From the human T2T-CHM13v2.0 reference genome, Homo sapiens, in NCBI RefSeq assembly GCF_009914755.1, contig NC_060928.1: a stretch of 64,000 bases of DNA, one strand, 5' to 3'. Made by a program: the position numbers and the translations under genes. The notes under the pieces are model-generated. The model was given only the letters and a program-made list of their open reading frames with translations, was not told the DNA's origin and searched no databases. Positions 17,480-31,149 of this stretch are shown one piece after another (position 1 is the stretch's first letter; the number at the start of each line of letters is the position of its first letter).

Positions 17480-18060
17480 CCTGCCTTTTATACGTCCCTC
17501 GGCTGGGCGTGGCTTACTCTTATTGGCTGAAGAGTTTTCTCATTCCTGCCGCTTCTTAGAGCCTCAATCAGAAGTTTCTTGCTGTAGTTCTACTGGGGAC
17601 CTAGACACAGTTAAAGGGAGACATTTTCAGGATCCTGTCATGGTGTCCAGAAAACAAAGAACCGGGAGCACAGGGACCGGAAAATCGGGGAAGCATTTCT
17701 TCCTATTTCTGTCCCAGTTCCTACCTGGAAGGATTTATGATCCTGTTCACCTTTCAAGATGCACAATTAAACATGCCTATATTGTCATATGTTATATATT
17801 TTGCACAGAAAGAGAATTTATTATACATAGTGTTAACATTGTATGCATAGATATTATAATTTCTTAAATGCTTGGAAACAACAAATGTCAAATTATGGTT
17901 GATTGTATTAGGTCCACACATATATGATGAAATAAAAATGCAGAGAAAAAATAAATACCAAATGAAATGGCCCTTCCTACCTTAAAAATGGGGAAGATAA
18001 TTAGATCAAATGCAATAAAATTGAATTGATTAGGTTGAGTCAGTGCTAACCTAATTAGCC
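17480..18060 (-). promoter_or_regulatory. FRG2 promoter: TATA, CCAAT and a cluster of DUX4-type sites
   Basis: TATAAAA at 17486-17492, CCAAT at ~17522-17526; DUX4-like 11-mers at 17900-17910, 17998-18008, 18027-18037 and 18047-18057. Confidence 0.7.
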
Positions 18061-19353
18061 CCCGATTCCTGAGGTAGCAAAAAGTCTCGGTGGAAAAACT
18101 TTCCCCCATTCTCACCCTTCCTCAGTCATCCTGGGAGCGCCATTGTGTTCTGTGGGCTTTATTCAGCCCTCCCTAGTGAAAATGGACTTGGTCTCAAACA
18201 GGTAACCCAACTGATCACAAGACAAACAGCCTAGATTCTGAACATCAGCTCCTGTCTTCACACTGCGGACACCACCTGAATCCCGTCAAAGCCCACATTG
18301 ATTCTCAACATCCACCAGCAAGACGTATTCCAGGGCAGCCTCTCAAAACTGCCTCAGTGAGACAGGACAAGGTGTGGTGGAGCTCCAGGTTCAGAACAGC
18401 TGCCTCATCCCTTCCTACTGCGGCGGAGTCTGTCTCTGCTGGTCAGAGCCCTCCAACTAGCCTAGTCTATGTCCAAGCAAGTGTCCCCTAAAAGGACCTT
18501 CTTGTCTCCCCCTCTGCTGAGGAAAGCATGCAGGAACGAGACCTTCTATGTTAAGGAGTACTCAGCCTCCAGTCCCAAATGACTTGATTGACTGATGAAC
18601 TGATTCCTTGAGGAGGAGAAAGTCACAGGGAAGAGACTGTGTTGGGTGAGTCTGTGTTTTCCCAGCTGTGCTGCCTGTGCAAATAGTGGAACGAAAAAAG
18701 AATTAGTGGTAGACAGACACTGCCTAGTGAAATTGTCTGAAAGTAAATGGAACTTATCATAATATGATATCGTTATATATTATAATATTATGATATGAAA
18801 TTTGACATCTAAATAAATTTTGATATATTATGAAATAATATATAAAATTTGGTCAGGTAATTTCATAAATTTTGTAACAACATTAACCTATAAACTCAAT
18901 AGAAAGCTAGGAAAATTGTCTGCTCTTGTGTAAATGACTGCGTTTTGGATAACTCTGTAAAAGCTGTGAAGAGGGGTCTGCTACTTACGTGATAGTAAGT
19001 ACTTGATAAGACATCGACTTGCACATCTTTGCTGTTTTTAACCAATGCTCTCTCAAGATATGAGAATATTTTACTCTAAGAAAGTATTTTCCTAGATATC
19101 GTAATAGGAATTTTGTTAATTTTAGTTAATAAATTATTATAACATTTAGTGATTATTAATAATTTATGTCATTGTTAAAATATATTCCTACAGAGAACAT
19201 ATTACCCATGTGTTTTTATTTGTCCTTTAATCTCAGGTAAATTTTTTAAATTTTTATTTATTAAATTCTATTTATTTTAGACAAAAGAGACCTTGTAACT
19301 GCCATATGATGTACTTTCTTAGAAAGAGAAATTCTCAGGCAAAACTTAGGACT

Positions 19354-19650
<297 letters not shown>

Positions 19651-19857
19651 TCAGCCTTATTTTTATCAAAATCTAGATTTTAAATGACATTTCTAGGTGT
19701 CCCCTTTCAATAAAAATCCAAACCAAAACAAACAAAAAGCTTCTAGGTAATTCATATGAATATTAATAACTGTTAAATTGGGTACTTTTATTTTTAAGAG
19801 AGGGATTGTTTATATGGATGTGTTGATGTATCAAACATGTACAGTTAAAATTGTACC

Positions 19858-20153
<296 letters not shown>

Positions 20154-20342
20154 AGATTAGACCTTTCAATGAGTGCACATCTTACCTCAAAAAAAAAAAA
20201 AAGAAAAGAAACTTATTAAAAGATAAAGTCTGAGTTAAAAGTGGGTTCACACTAATGATTTTTAATTTGGTACTTCTATTGTTAAAAGAGGGATTGCTTA
20301 TATGGGTGTGTTTATGTGTAAAAAGCTAGTTAAGGTCGAACC

Positions 20343-20647
20343 TTTATTTATTTTTTTTTTGAGACAGAGTCTCACTCTGTCACCCAGGCTGATGTGCAGT
20401 GGCACAATCACAACTCACTGTAGCCTCAAACTCGTAGAATCAAGGGATCCTGCTATGTCAACATACCAAGTAGCTGGAACTACAGGCATGCACCACCGCG
20501 CCTGATTAATTAAAAAAAAAATTTAATAAAGATGTGGTCTCACTATGCTGCCCAGGCTGCTCTCAAACTCCTGACCTCAAATGATCCTCCTGCCTTGTCA
20601 TTCCAAAGTGATGGGATTACACAGGCTTAAGCCATTGTGCTCAGCCA
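20343..20647 (-). mobile_element. Old Alu (AluJ-like), copy 2 of a local duplication
   Basis: Reverse Alu with poly-T; flanks homologous to those of the preceding Alu. Confidence 0.85.
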
Positions 20648-21557
20648 AGATTTTACCTTCAATGAGCACACATTTTATACCACAAAAAATAATAATAAAT
20701 AACAAAGTCTGTGTGAGAAATGAGTTGAAGTATAGATAACACAAAATTGGCATGTTATTAGTTGTTGTTGAGCCTGGGTAACAGGCCTATTGTACTGTTT
20801 CTTTTATTTTGTGTATGTTTTAAATTTTCTGTAATAAAACATGTATAATAATACAAAGTTGATCTACACTGTTAGCTCTTAAGATCTTAGTGACTTTGGG
20901 GGAGCAAAAGAGAGAAAGTGGTTACCAGGACATCTGTGAAGCTGGTTCTATTTCTAGGTTACACACGTGTGTTCACTTTGTAATAATTCATTGAACTTTA
21001 CATGATTTCTTTGTATACGTCTTTCTGCATGAATGTTATACATATATAAAAATTTAAATATTACCTATTTGCACAAAATTTTAACTTCATATCTCAGAAT
21101 AATAGCACTGTTTTGTACTGTTTTAAAGTGGGACATGTTTTCTCGGGGCATCATCAGATGGATATTAATATTCCAAGGTATTTACTTATGTTGTAACACT
21201 TCGGTGACCTTCTAGGTCTTCCCATGTTTACATCAATTTAGTAAGATAGTTTTAATTTTTTAGGGTATAGGCCAAGCACGGTGGCTCATGCCTACAGTCT
21301 CAGCTCTTGGGAGGCCAAGGCAGGAGGATCATTTGAGTCCAGTATTTTGAGTTTTTTTAGGATGCAATTATTATTCAGCAAAGTCCTCTCCCCACGGTGA
21401 GGTTCAGCAATGCAAGGGCACCTAGTGCATACTATGCATTTGGTATGAGTAGAACTGGATTGAATCAGGAATAAAATACGTAGCAGAGGTCAGTTCGGCA
21501 AGGAAAAGTAGGTAATGCAGGTAAGATCAGAAGAGCACAACCCAGCAGCAAATCTTT

Positions 21558-21722
21558 CCATTTATTTCAGGAACCCGTTTGCCACTAGTTCACCGGAAGA
21601 GGCTGATTTAAACCATTCATTTCAGGAAACCATTTGCCACTAGTTCACCAGAAAAGGCTGATTTAAACCATTCATTTCAGGAAACCATTTGCCACTAGTT
21701 CACCCGAAGAGGCTGATTTAAA
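21558..21722. repeat. Minisatellite, 3 x 55 bp
   Basis: ccatt(t/c)atttcaggaa…gccactagttcacc…ggctgatttaaa at 21558, 21613 and 21668. Confidence 0.93.
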
Positions 21723-22304
21723 GCAGCAGTTTGGGGGCTTGGTTGTACCCCATAGTCACCCAGAGAGCTTTAAACAGCACTATGGCTCAGGTCCCACTGC
21801 AGGGATTCTGAGTTCACTTATCTATTGCCTTTTGAGTTTAGGTAATTTTAAAAGCCTCCCTGGTGATTCCTGTGTGCACCCAGGGGGAACAAACCCTGGT
21901 TCGGGATGAGAAATGCATTTGCTGTGCATGCATTCCATGTGTGCAGCGGTGATTTGCCCCATGGCCACTCCTGAGTTTGGGGTCTTAGAAAATACACTTG
22001 TCCTGTTAAAAATCAAAAAACTACTTCAAGACACACTCAGCTGTTTGACTAAAATGCAGCAGGAGAAAATATCTTCTCAAAAGATGTATCTGGATGGCAC
22101 TTGCTTTCAGAGTAAAAGGTGGTTTCAAGCACAATATAGCACTTTTTTCCTACAGGCTTTCAAGGCCTTTTACTATCATATCCTTATGAATCACAGGAAT
22201 AAAAAAATCATAGTTATATAACTGTCAAATATTGTATTAGGAAAAAAATTAAGGGCATGTCTTCCATGCTCATGTATCCTGATTAAAATCAGTTAAGACC
22301 CATC

Positions 22305-22595
22305 TGCCCGGTGTGGTGGCTCACACCTGTAATTCCAGCACTTTGAAAGGCAGAGGCTGGAGGATCACTTGAGCTCAGGAGTTCAAGACCAGCATGCTCA
22401 ACATAGAAAAACCTCATCTCTGCCAAATATACAAATATTATCTGGTTGTGGTAGTGTGCACGTGTGGTCCCAGCTACTTGGGAGGCTGAGGTGGGAGAAT
22501 CGCTGGAGCACAGAATGTCAAAGCTGCAGTGAACCACTGCACCCCAGCCAGAATGACAGGGAAAGAGACCCTGTCTCAGAAATAAAAATAAATAA
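22305..22595 (+). mobile_element. Alu (AluJ-like)
   Basis: Alu consensus with A-rich tail; aagacccat / gagacccat flanks. Confidence 0.9.
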
Positions 22596-22814
22596 AGAGA
22601 CCCATTCTTTCAGACACCCTCATTCTTCTACATAAAACACGGTGCTTTTGACTGAAATGTTTTAAGATGAACTGAAGATTCTCCCATAATCAGGAGCAGT
22701 AGATGGAGGTTGCTCCCTTCCTGTTCTTTGAGTTGAAGCAAGGCAGAGGTCTGGAGACTCAAACTGGTAAGTACTCAAACTGGTAAATATATCAATTGCT
22801 TTCTTTTCATATGA

Positions 22815-23198
22815 GGTATTAAGCTATTCTTGCATTGCTATTTAAAAAACCTGAGACTGGGTAATTTATAAGAAAAGAGTTTGATTGGCTCATGGTTCTG
22901 CAGGCTGTACAGGAAGCATAGCACCAGCGTCTGCTTCTGGGAAGGCCTGGGGAAGCTTACAATCATGGTGAAAGAGAAGCAGGCATCTCACATGGTAGAA
23001 GCAGAAACAAGAAAGATGGGGGAGGGATGGGCCACACTTCTAAACAACCAGATCTCACGAGTACTCACTATCACAAGGACGGCACAGATCCATGAGGGAC
23101 TCACCCAGTGATTCAACCACCTCCTCCCCAGGTCCCACCTGCCACATTGGGGATTAAAATTCAATATGAGATTTGGAGGGGACATCTAAACTATATCA
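22815..23198. mobile_element. MaLR LTR (MST/THE1 family)
   Basis: ttcttgcattgctat…cctgagactgggtaatttataagaaaagag…ggctcatggttctgcaggctgtacaggaagcat…ctatatca. Confidence 0.88.
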
Positions 23199-23270
23199 CA
23201 TGACCATCAGAAAAACAGATGAAGAATTCATGGTTTCTACTGTCCAGTAACTTTTCATCTAGAGCAAACA

Positions 23271-23441
23271 GATTAATGGCTGAATTCAGCATCCTGTGGT
23301 CAGAAGGGAAACGGATTAATGGCTGAATTCAGCATCCTGTGGTCGGAAGGGAAATGGATTAATGGCTGAATTCAGCATCCTGTGGTCAGAAGGGAAATGG
23401 ATTAATGGCTGAATTCAGCATCCTGTAGTCGGAAGGGAGAA
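23271..23441. repeat. Minisatellite, 4 x 43 bp
   Basis: gattaatggctgaattcagcatcctgt.gtc.gaaggga at 23271, 23314, 23357 and 23400. Confidence 0.95.
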
Positions 23442-24767
23442 GGGAGCTGCACAGGGGGCCTTGGCTGCATTTGCTCCATTTCCCTTATGCTGTTCCTTGA
23501 GTTCCGATGTCACTACCTGAAGGACTATTCATGGACAGAAGAATTATTGTTGTTGTTGTGATTATTTCTATTTCTTTTATCTTGGTAAAAATAAGTTTTT
23601 AGCTTCTCATATAATTGTCCTAAAAAACCCTAAGAGTTTTGCTTAAGTTTCTTGTTATCATGTGTTATAAAAATTGACAGGGAAGTGGCTAAAACAGATT
23701 AAAATTACACAAGCTCTAAGAGTCAAGTCTCTGTTGGGAAGGCTTAGGAAAGACAGAACTGGAAATACTCCACCAGCATGAACATCAGAAACATGGGGTC
23801 CACTTTCTGTTCCAGCCCTGCCCAGATCCACCCTCTTCTAAGGCCTCATCCAGGTCTGGCCTCACCCTAGAATCTTCTCTCACAGAACTCATTAAAGGAG
23901 ACCAGAGATTCGGGCGGGGGCTCCTGCTGCCTCTCCTGAGCTGGTGCCCACAATTTCCTAAAATGGAAAAGCAGATAAGTGGAAGCAAATAATTCTATAT
24001 TGGGGGGTTATACTTTCTTTTTCATTGAAGCCAGCGCTTCTAGAGACACCTCACCTAGCAACTTGTTTTCCATTCCTGCAAATTCAGTAGCTGCTCCACA
24101 AGGCACAAGAAGGTAAATATAAATATAAAACATCTCTCTGAACAGTTCATCCTTTTTTCTCTATCCCTTCATCTGTCGATATAGCTTTTATTCTGCACAT
24201 TTTATTTTCCAGGTAAATAATTTTTAAAATGGAAGAAAAAATAGAAATGCTAGGCCCTTCATTTAAGTCCTGAAAATTACAGAAAACTTAGCACCCAACT
24301 CCCCAGGGTGCTATGAGGATTAACTCACATCATGTAATGTTTCCTGAACAGTGCTCTGTAACAGACTTCTGAACACATAGTATGTGCTCAATAAACATTG
24401 TATTAACTCATGTGTACATGTTTTCCAAATGCAGACTTACTCAAACATTGATGCCTTCTCTAGGCTTTCTAAACTGCAAAGAGCCAGCAGAAAATGACAT
24501 GTTTGAAAATGGCGATTGGTGGCTTCCACTTTGAGCCAAAAGTATTTGTGTTGTGGTAACAGTGTTGGGTGTCAGGAGCTCTGTGCTGTGCCTACTTTCT
24601 CTAGCTGAGTGCTACTATATTGGATGTAGTGGAAGAAACATCAGCATTAAGAGGAGACTTTTTAAAGAAGCCAATTCATGGACCCCTTCCAAACCTGCAG
24701 AATCACATTACTAAGAGAGAGCCTGGAATCGGAAATAATTCATATGCACATTGAAACTTGAGAGGCA

Positions 24768-25129
<362 letters not shown>

Positions 25130-25259
25130 TTAGCTAAGTGGCTCTCGGCCCATGCTTCCAGCCATAATCACATGGCCAGCTTAAAGAAATACCATCACTT
25201 GTGCCCTCCCCAGAGACTCTGTCTATTGATCTTGGTGGGAGCATCTATGTGGTTGTAAT

Positions 25260-27227
25260 TAGAAAGTCAAATTGTCCCTCTTTGATGATAATATAATATC
25301 ATATATACAAAAATTCTAAAGACCACCAAAAAACTCAGATTTGATAAATAAATTTAATAATGTTTCAGGATGCAAAAATCAACGTACAAAAGTTGATAGC
25401 ATTTTTATACACTAATGATGATCAAGCTGAGAACTGAATTAAAAAGTCACTTCCTTTTACAATAGCTACAAAAAAAGGTAAAATGCTTAGAAATACAATT
25501 GGTCAAAGAGATGAACGATCCCTTCAAGGAAAACTACAAAACACTGATGAAAGAAATTGTACATGACACAAATGAGAAAAACATCCCATGCTTATGGATT
25601 GGAAGAATTATGATCAATAAAATGACTCTACTGCCCAAAACAATCTACATATTAAATGCAATTCCTACCAAAATGCCAATGGTATTTTTTATAAAATTAG
25701 AAAAAAAACCCACTAAAATTCTTATGGAACCACAAAAAGAGCCTGAATAGTCAAAGCAAATCTAAGCAAAGAGAATAAAGCTGGAGATATTACATTATCT
25801 GACTTAAAATTATGCTAGAAGGCTGTAGTAACCAAAACAGCATGGTACTGATATAAATCGACACATAGATCAATGGTACAGAATAGAGAACCTAGAAATA
25901 AAGCCACATACCTACAAATGACTGATCTTTTACAAAGTCAACAAAAACACACACTGGAGAAATGACATCCTATTCAACAAATTGTGCTGGAAAAATTATA
26001 TTTCCGTATGCAGAAGAATGGAATGGGACCCCTATGTCCCACCATATACAAAAATCAACTCAATATGGATTAAAAGACTAAAATGTAAGACCTGAAACTA
26101 TAAAAATGCTAGAAGAAACTCTAGGATAAACTCTTCTAGACATTGACTTGGACAAAGAATTTATGACTAAGATCTCAAAAGCAGATGTAACAATAACAAA
26201 AATAGACAACAGCAACTCAATTAAACTAAAAAGCTCCTGAAAATGAGCTTCCTAATTAACACAGTGAACAGAAAACCTATGGAATGAGATAAATGTTTAC
26301 GAGTTTTGCATGTGACAAAGATCTAATGTCCAGAATATGCAAGGAACTCAAACAGCTCAACAAAAATAAAACAAGTAACCTCATTAAAAAGCAAGCAAAG
26401 AACATGAACATTAAAAAAAAGAAAGACACTGATGGTCAATGGTCAACAAGCACGTAAAAGATGCTCAACCTTGTCAATGATCAGAGAAATGCCAATTAAA
26501 AACCACAATGAGATACCAACTTACACCCTGCAGAATGGCTATTACTAAAAAGCAGAAAAATGAGCTATCGGCAAGGATACAGGGAAAAGAGAACACTTAT
26601 ACATTGTTTGTGGGAAAGTAACTTTCTACAACCTCTGGAAAACAGTATGGAGATTTCAAAATAGACTAAAAATAGAACTTCCATTTGATTCAGCACTCCC
26701 ACTACTTGGTATCTACCCAAAGGAAAACAATTTGTTACATAAAGAAAATACCCATGCTGACATGTTTATCACAGCACTATTCATAATAGCCGATATATGA
26801 AATCAATTTAAATTTATCAATCAATAATCGAATAAAGAAAATGTGCTATACAAGTATACCATGGAATGCTACTCAGCCATGAAGAATAAAATCATGTCTT
26901 TTGCAACAACATGAATAAAACCGGAGGCCATTACTGTAAGTGAAAAAACTCAGAAACAGAAAATCAAATTCAGTATTTTCTCAGTTGTAAGTGGGAACTC
27001 AATTAAGCATACACTTGGATATAGAGACTGGAAAAATAGACACTGGAGACTCAGAAAGATGGGAGGTTGGAGAGGGTTTAGGAATGAGAAAATAACTAAT
27101 TGGGACAATAAACAACATTCAGATGATTGTCACACCAAAAGCCCATACTTCATCACTATGCAACATGCTTCTGTAAGGGAGCGGCATTTGTACTCTCTCA
27201 CGTATTAATAAAGAGATAAAAAAAAAG
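25260..27227 (+). mobile_element. LINE-1 3' portion (degenerate ORF2 and 3' UTR)
   Basis: KENYKTLMKEI…IPCLWIGRI ORF2 peptide; 3' UTR; poly-A. Confidence 0.92.
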
Positions 27228-27610
<383 letters not shown>

Positions 27611-27986
27611 TTAATAAAAATAAATAGAAAATAATATTGTATTTTAAGAATGGTATAGAAAGATAATTTGATGAATTAGAGTAGTTAGTACTTAGCACAT
27701 ACAATATGTTAGGCAAGATTCTAAGCCACTTAGACCTTTATGGACAGAATACATAACAGAGTAAAATAAATAACACAAAGATTCTTTGGCAATGAAAAAT
27801 TGACATATTTTCAATCATATTAGATGATATTAAAACCATTAACAAATTTACTGTTTTGTTTCATAATAAAAAAGAATGTTAAATAACTTCATTAAAAAGT
27901 TGGCTAATTAGGCATATAGATAAATGGGCAGCATTTTGACCAGTACACAGGGGATACACATTTTCAAAGACCAGACAAAATTATTT

Positions 27987-29073
27987 ATTTATTTTTTGGG
28001 GGAGAGGACAGTTTTATTATCTGGGGATACAGTGGGGTCCTCTCCCTGGGAGGTGGGGTCTTCCACTGGTTTTCCCCGCCAGGGCTCCAGGGGGCGCCAT
28101 GCGATTCAGCGCTGGGCTCCGCTGGGGGCCGGGCCTTGGAGGAGGCGAACCGTGCAGGGAAGCGGCAGCCGTGGGGTCCTCACCGCCCGCTCCGCCGGGC
28201 TGCACCCGGCCCCCTGGTGCTCCTCAGGCTCCCGCCGAGTCTGCGTCTCTGGAGGGCAGCGAACCATCCTGCCCAGAACCTTATCCTCACAGTCCATTTT
28301 GACGCAGGTCAGGCATTTCTGCTTCCTCCTCTCGGGCTGGACTTTGCACTTGGGTTTCTTCCAGGCCTTCCTCCAGCCGCTTCCCTGTCTGCCGGAGCTT
28401 AAATTCCAGCCTCACAGATGTTCCAGCTGGGAAGGGCGTGTCCAGGGCGCTGTCCACACTGGTCTCCCGGAAGGCCCGCTGCACGGGCGGGTGCTTGCAG
28501 ATTCCTCCAGGGCCACCTGCAGGCCCCGGCGCTGGCCCCGTGAGCTCGGCCCCTCCCGCGTCCCCCGCGCCCACCCACGGGGCCAGCGAGATCCGCAGCC
28601 GTCTCAGGCTTCCCCTGTCACCCCGGCCCTGCGAAGCGGGTGTGCGCCCCTTAGTTCTCCGAGCCCGCCGGGAGCCACCTCCTCCCCTGCCCCTGGAGGG
28701 GGCCACGCCCGCAGAACGCTGGGCAGAGACGAAGGAACCGGGAAACGTCCCTTTCTCCACACTGACCTTCGGGTCTGCTGGGTCCTCTCCACTCCCTCCC
28801 ACCCTGCCCGCGCTGGTCCCTGGGGCCCGCAGTTTCAGCAAAGTTCCCTGCCGCGCCGGGAAGCCGTCCTGTTGCCCACTCTCACCCTTCCTCCTTTTCC
28901 GGCCCATTCTCTCTCCCCACTGGGTCTCCGACACGACCCTCTCTCCTCCCGGCTGTCCCCGAGCCCCTCTCTGCTTCCCCAGCTCAGCCCCCTCTCTGAC
29001 GGCTTCTCCCTCCCACCCCCAGGCGAATCTCCGGGCTCCCACGGGGTGCCCCCGATCCCCGGGGTCTAGGTCA
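27987..29073 (-). pseudogene. RARRES2P4: Processed pseudogene of RARRES2 (chemerin)
   Basis: Frameshifted chemerin peptides (LRRLRISLAPWVGA, KHPPVQRAFRETSVDSALDTPFPAG, EDKVLGRMVRCP); coding part intronless; poly-T tail; 17-bp TSD accagacaaaattattt at 27970-27986 and 29074-29090; paralogue number from memory. Confidence 0.9.
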
Positions 29074-29229
29074 ACCAGACAAAATTATTTTAAATGGGAA
29101 GATTTGAATTCCATTGAATTCATGAAAGCAGGAATCCATCTGGTCATATTTTAAATAATTTTGAAATGATAATAGCAATTATCAATTTAAAGTTTAACCA
29201 GAATTCAGAATAACCACCATTTTACCAGA

Positions 29230-31135
29230 AAAAAAAAAACCTGTTATAACTAACCAACTAAGTCAGTAAATTCTCAGGATACAATATTAACATATGAACA
29301 TCAGTTGCATTTTTTTTACAGTAACAACAAAATATCTGAAACAGGAATAAAGATAGTTCCATTTACAATATTATCAAATAGAATGAAATACTTAGGAATG
29401 AGTTAACAAAGAATATGAAAGATCTGCATACTGAAAACTATAAAATGTTGAGGAAAGAAAATGAAGAATACAAAATGGGAAATATGTGTTCATGGATTCT
29501 AAAAATTAATATTGTTAAAATATCCATACTACACAAAGTGATCTACAGAGTTAAATTTTTATCAAAATTTTAATGCCATTTTATTAAAATGTAGAACGAC
29601 AATTTTAAAATTAGTATGGAACCACAAAAGACCTCAAATAGCCAAATACTGAGAAGAACAAAAAGGCTGAAAGCCTCACACTTCCTGATTTCAAACTATA
29701 TTACAAAGCTGTAGTCATTAATACAGTATAGTACCTACATAAAAACCAATAGAACAGAATAGAGGACCCAGAAATAAACTCACAAATATACATTCGACCA
29801 ATCCCACAGAATGGAGAAAGGATAAACACATCAAGGAGTGGTGTAGGAAAAACTCGATATGCACAGACAAAAAGTAAACCTTTCTCTCATGTCATCACAA
29901 AATGAATTTGAAATGAAATAAAGACTTAAACATAAGAACTGAAATCATGAATCCTCTAAAAAAAAAAATGGGGAAAAGCCTCCTTGACACTGGTCATGGC
30001 AATGATGTTTCGGATTTGACACCAGGAGCGCAGTCAACAAAAGCAAAAATAAACAAGTGGAACTATGTCAAAGTAAAAATTTTCTGCACAATAAAGGAAA
30101 CAATCAGCAAAATATAAAGGCATTATATGGAATGGGAGAAAATATTTGTAAACCATATGTAGGATAATATGTTACTATCCAAAATATATGTCATAGTAAT
30201 CAATACAAAAAACCCACAGCAGAATTAAAAGCAATTTCTTGATTAATAATTGGGCAAAATATATAAATAGCAATTTTTCCAAAGATATACAAATGGCCAG
30301 CAGGTATATAAAAAATGCTCAACATCACTAATTATCACAGTAATTAAAATCACAATGAGGTATCACCTTATCGTGGTGTTTGGATACCTATTATCAAAAA
30401 GTCAAAAGATAAAAAGTGTTAGGGTGTGGAAAAAGAGAACACTTGTGCACTGTTGCTGAGGATGTCAATTGGTGCAGCTATTATGAAAAACAGTATGGAG
30501 GTTCCTTAAAATTGTTAAACTAGAACTACCATTAATCCCAATTAGGAGTATATAGCCAAAGGACATAAAATCAGGATCATCAAGGGTATCTGCATTCCTC
30601 TGATACAGATAAACTGAGAGACATAATTTCAGCTTTAATAAAAATGAAACTCTTTCATCCACAACAATATTGATAAATCTTGAAGACATTATGCTAAGTG
30701 AAATAAGCTGAATACAGAAAGACAACTACTGCATGATCTCGTTTGTATGTAAAATCTAAAAAAGTAAATAAAAATTTAAAAAAGCCATGGAAACAGTAGA
30801 ACGCTGGTTCCCATGGGCTAGGAAGTGGGGAAAGTGGGGAGATTTCCATGGAAGGGGCGCACCTTCAGTTACAAGGTGAGTAACTGCTGGGGACCTAACG
30901 TACAGAATAGTGACTATAGTTAACAATACTGTGTACTTGAAATTTGCTGCAAGAGTAGATCTCAGGTGCTCTCACCACACACAGAGGCGTATTCACTATG
31001 TGAGGGGATAGACAGGCTAACTAGCTTAACTGAGGTGATTTAAAGACCACTGACATCTCAAAACACTCTATTGTACACCCTAAAAATACACACTTTTCAA
31101 TTTGTCAATCATAGCTCAACGAATGGAGAAAAAAA
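29230..31135 (+). mobile_element. Old LINE-1 (L1M) 3' portion
   Basis: Degenerate ORF2 (cacacttcctgatttcaaactatattacaaagct) and L1MA/MB-type 3' UTR. Confidence 0.88.
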
Positions 31136-31149
31136 ATAAGAGTAACCAG

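Noticed and set aside
21558-23441. Short direct repeats with palindromes that superficially resemble CRISPR arrays
   Set aside because: Head-to-tail units with no unique spacers and no cas genes, in human DNA; these are minisatellites.
27924-29069. 381-aa plus-strand ORF
   Set aside because: Antisense to the GC-rich RARRES2 retrocopy; no recognisable protein.
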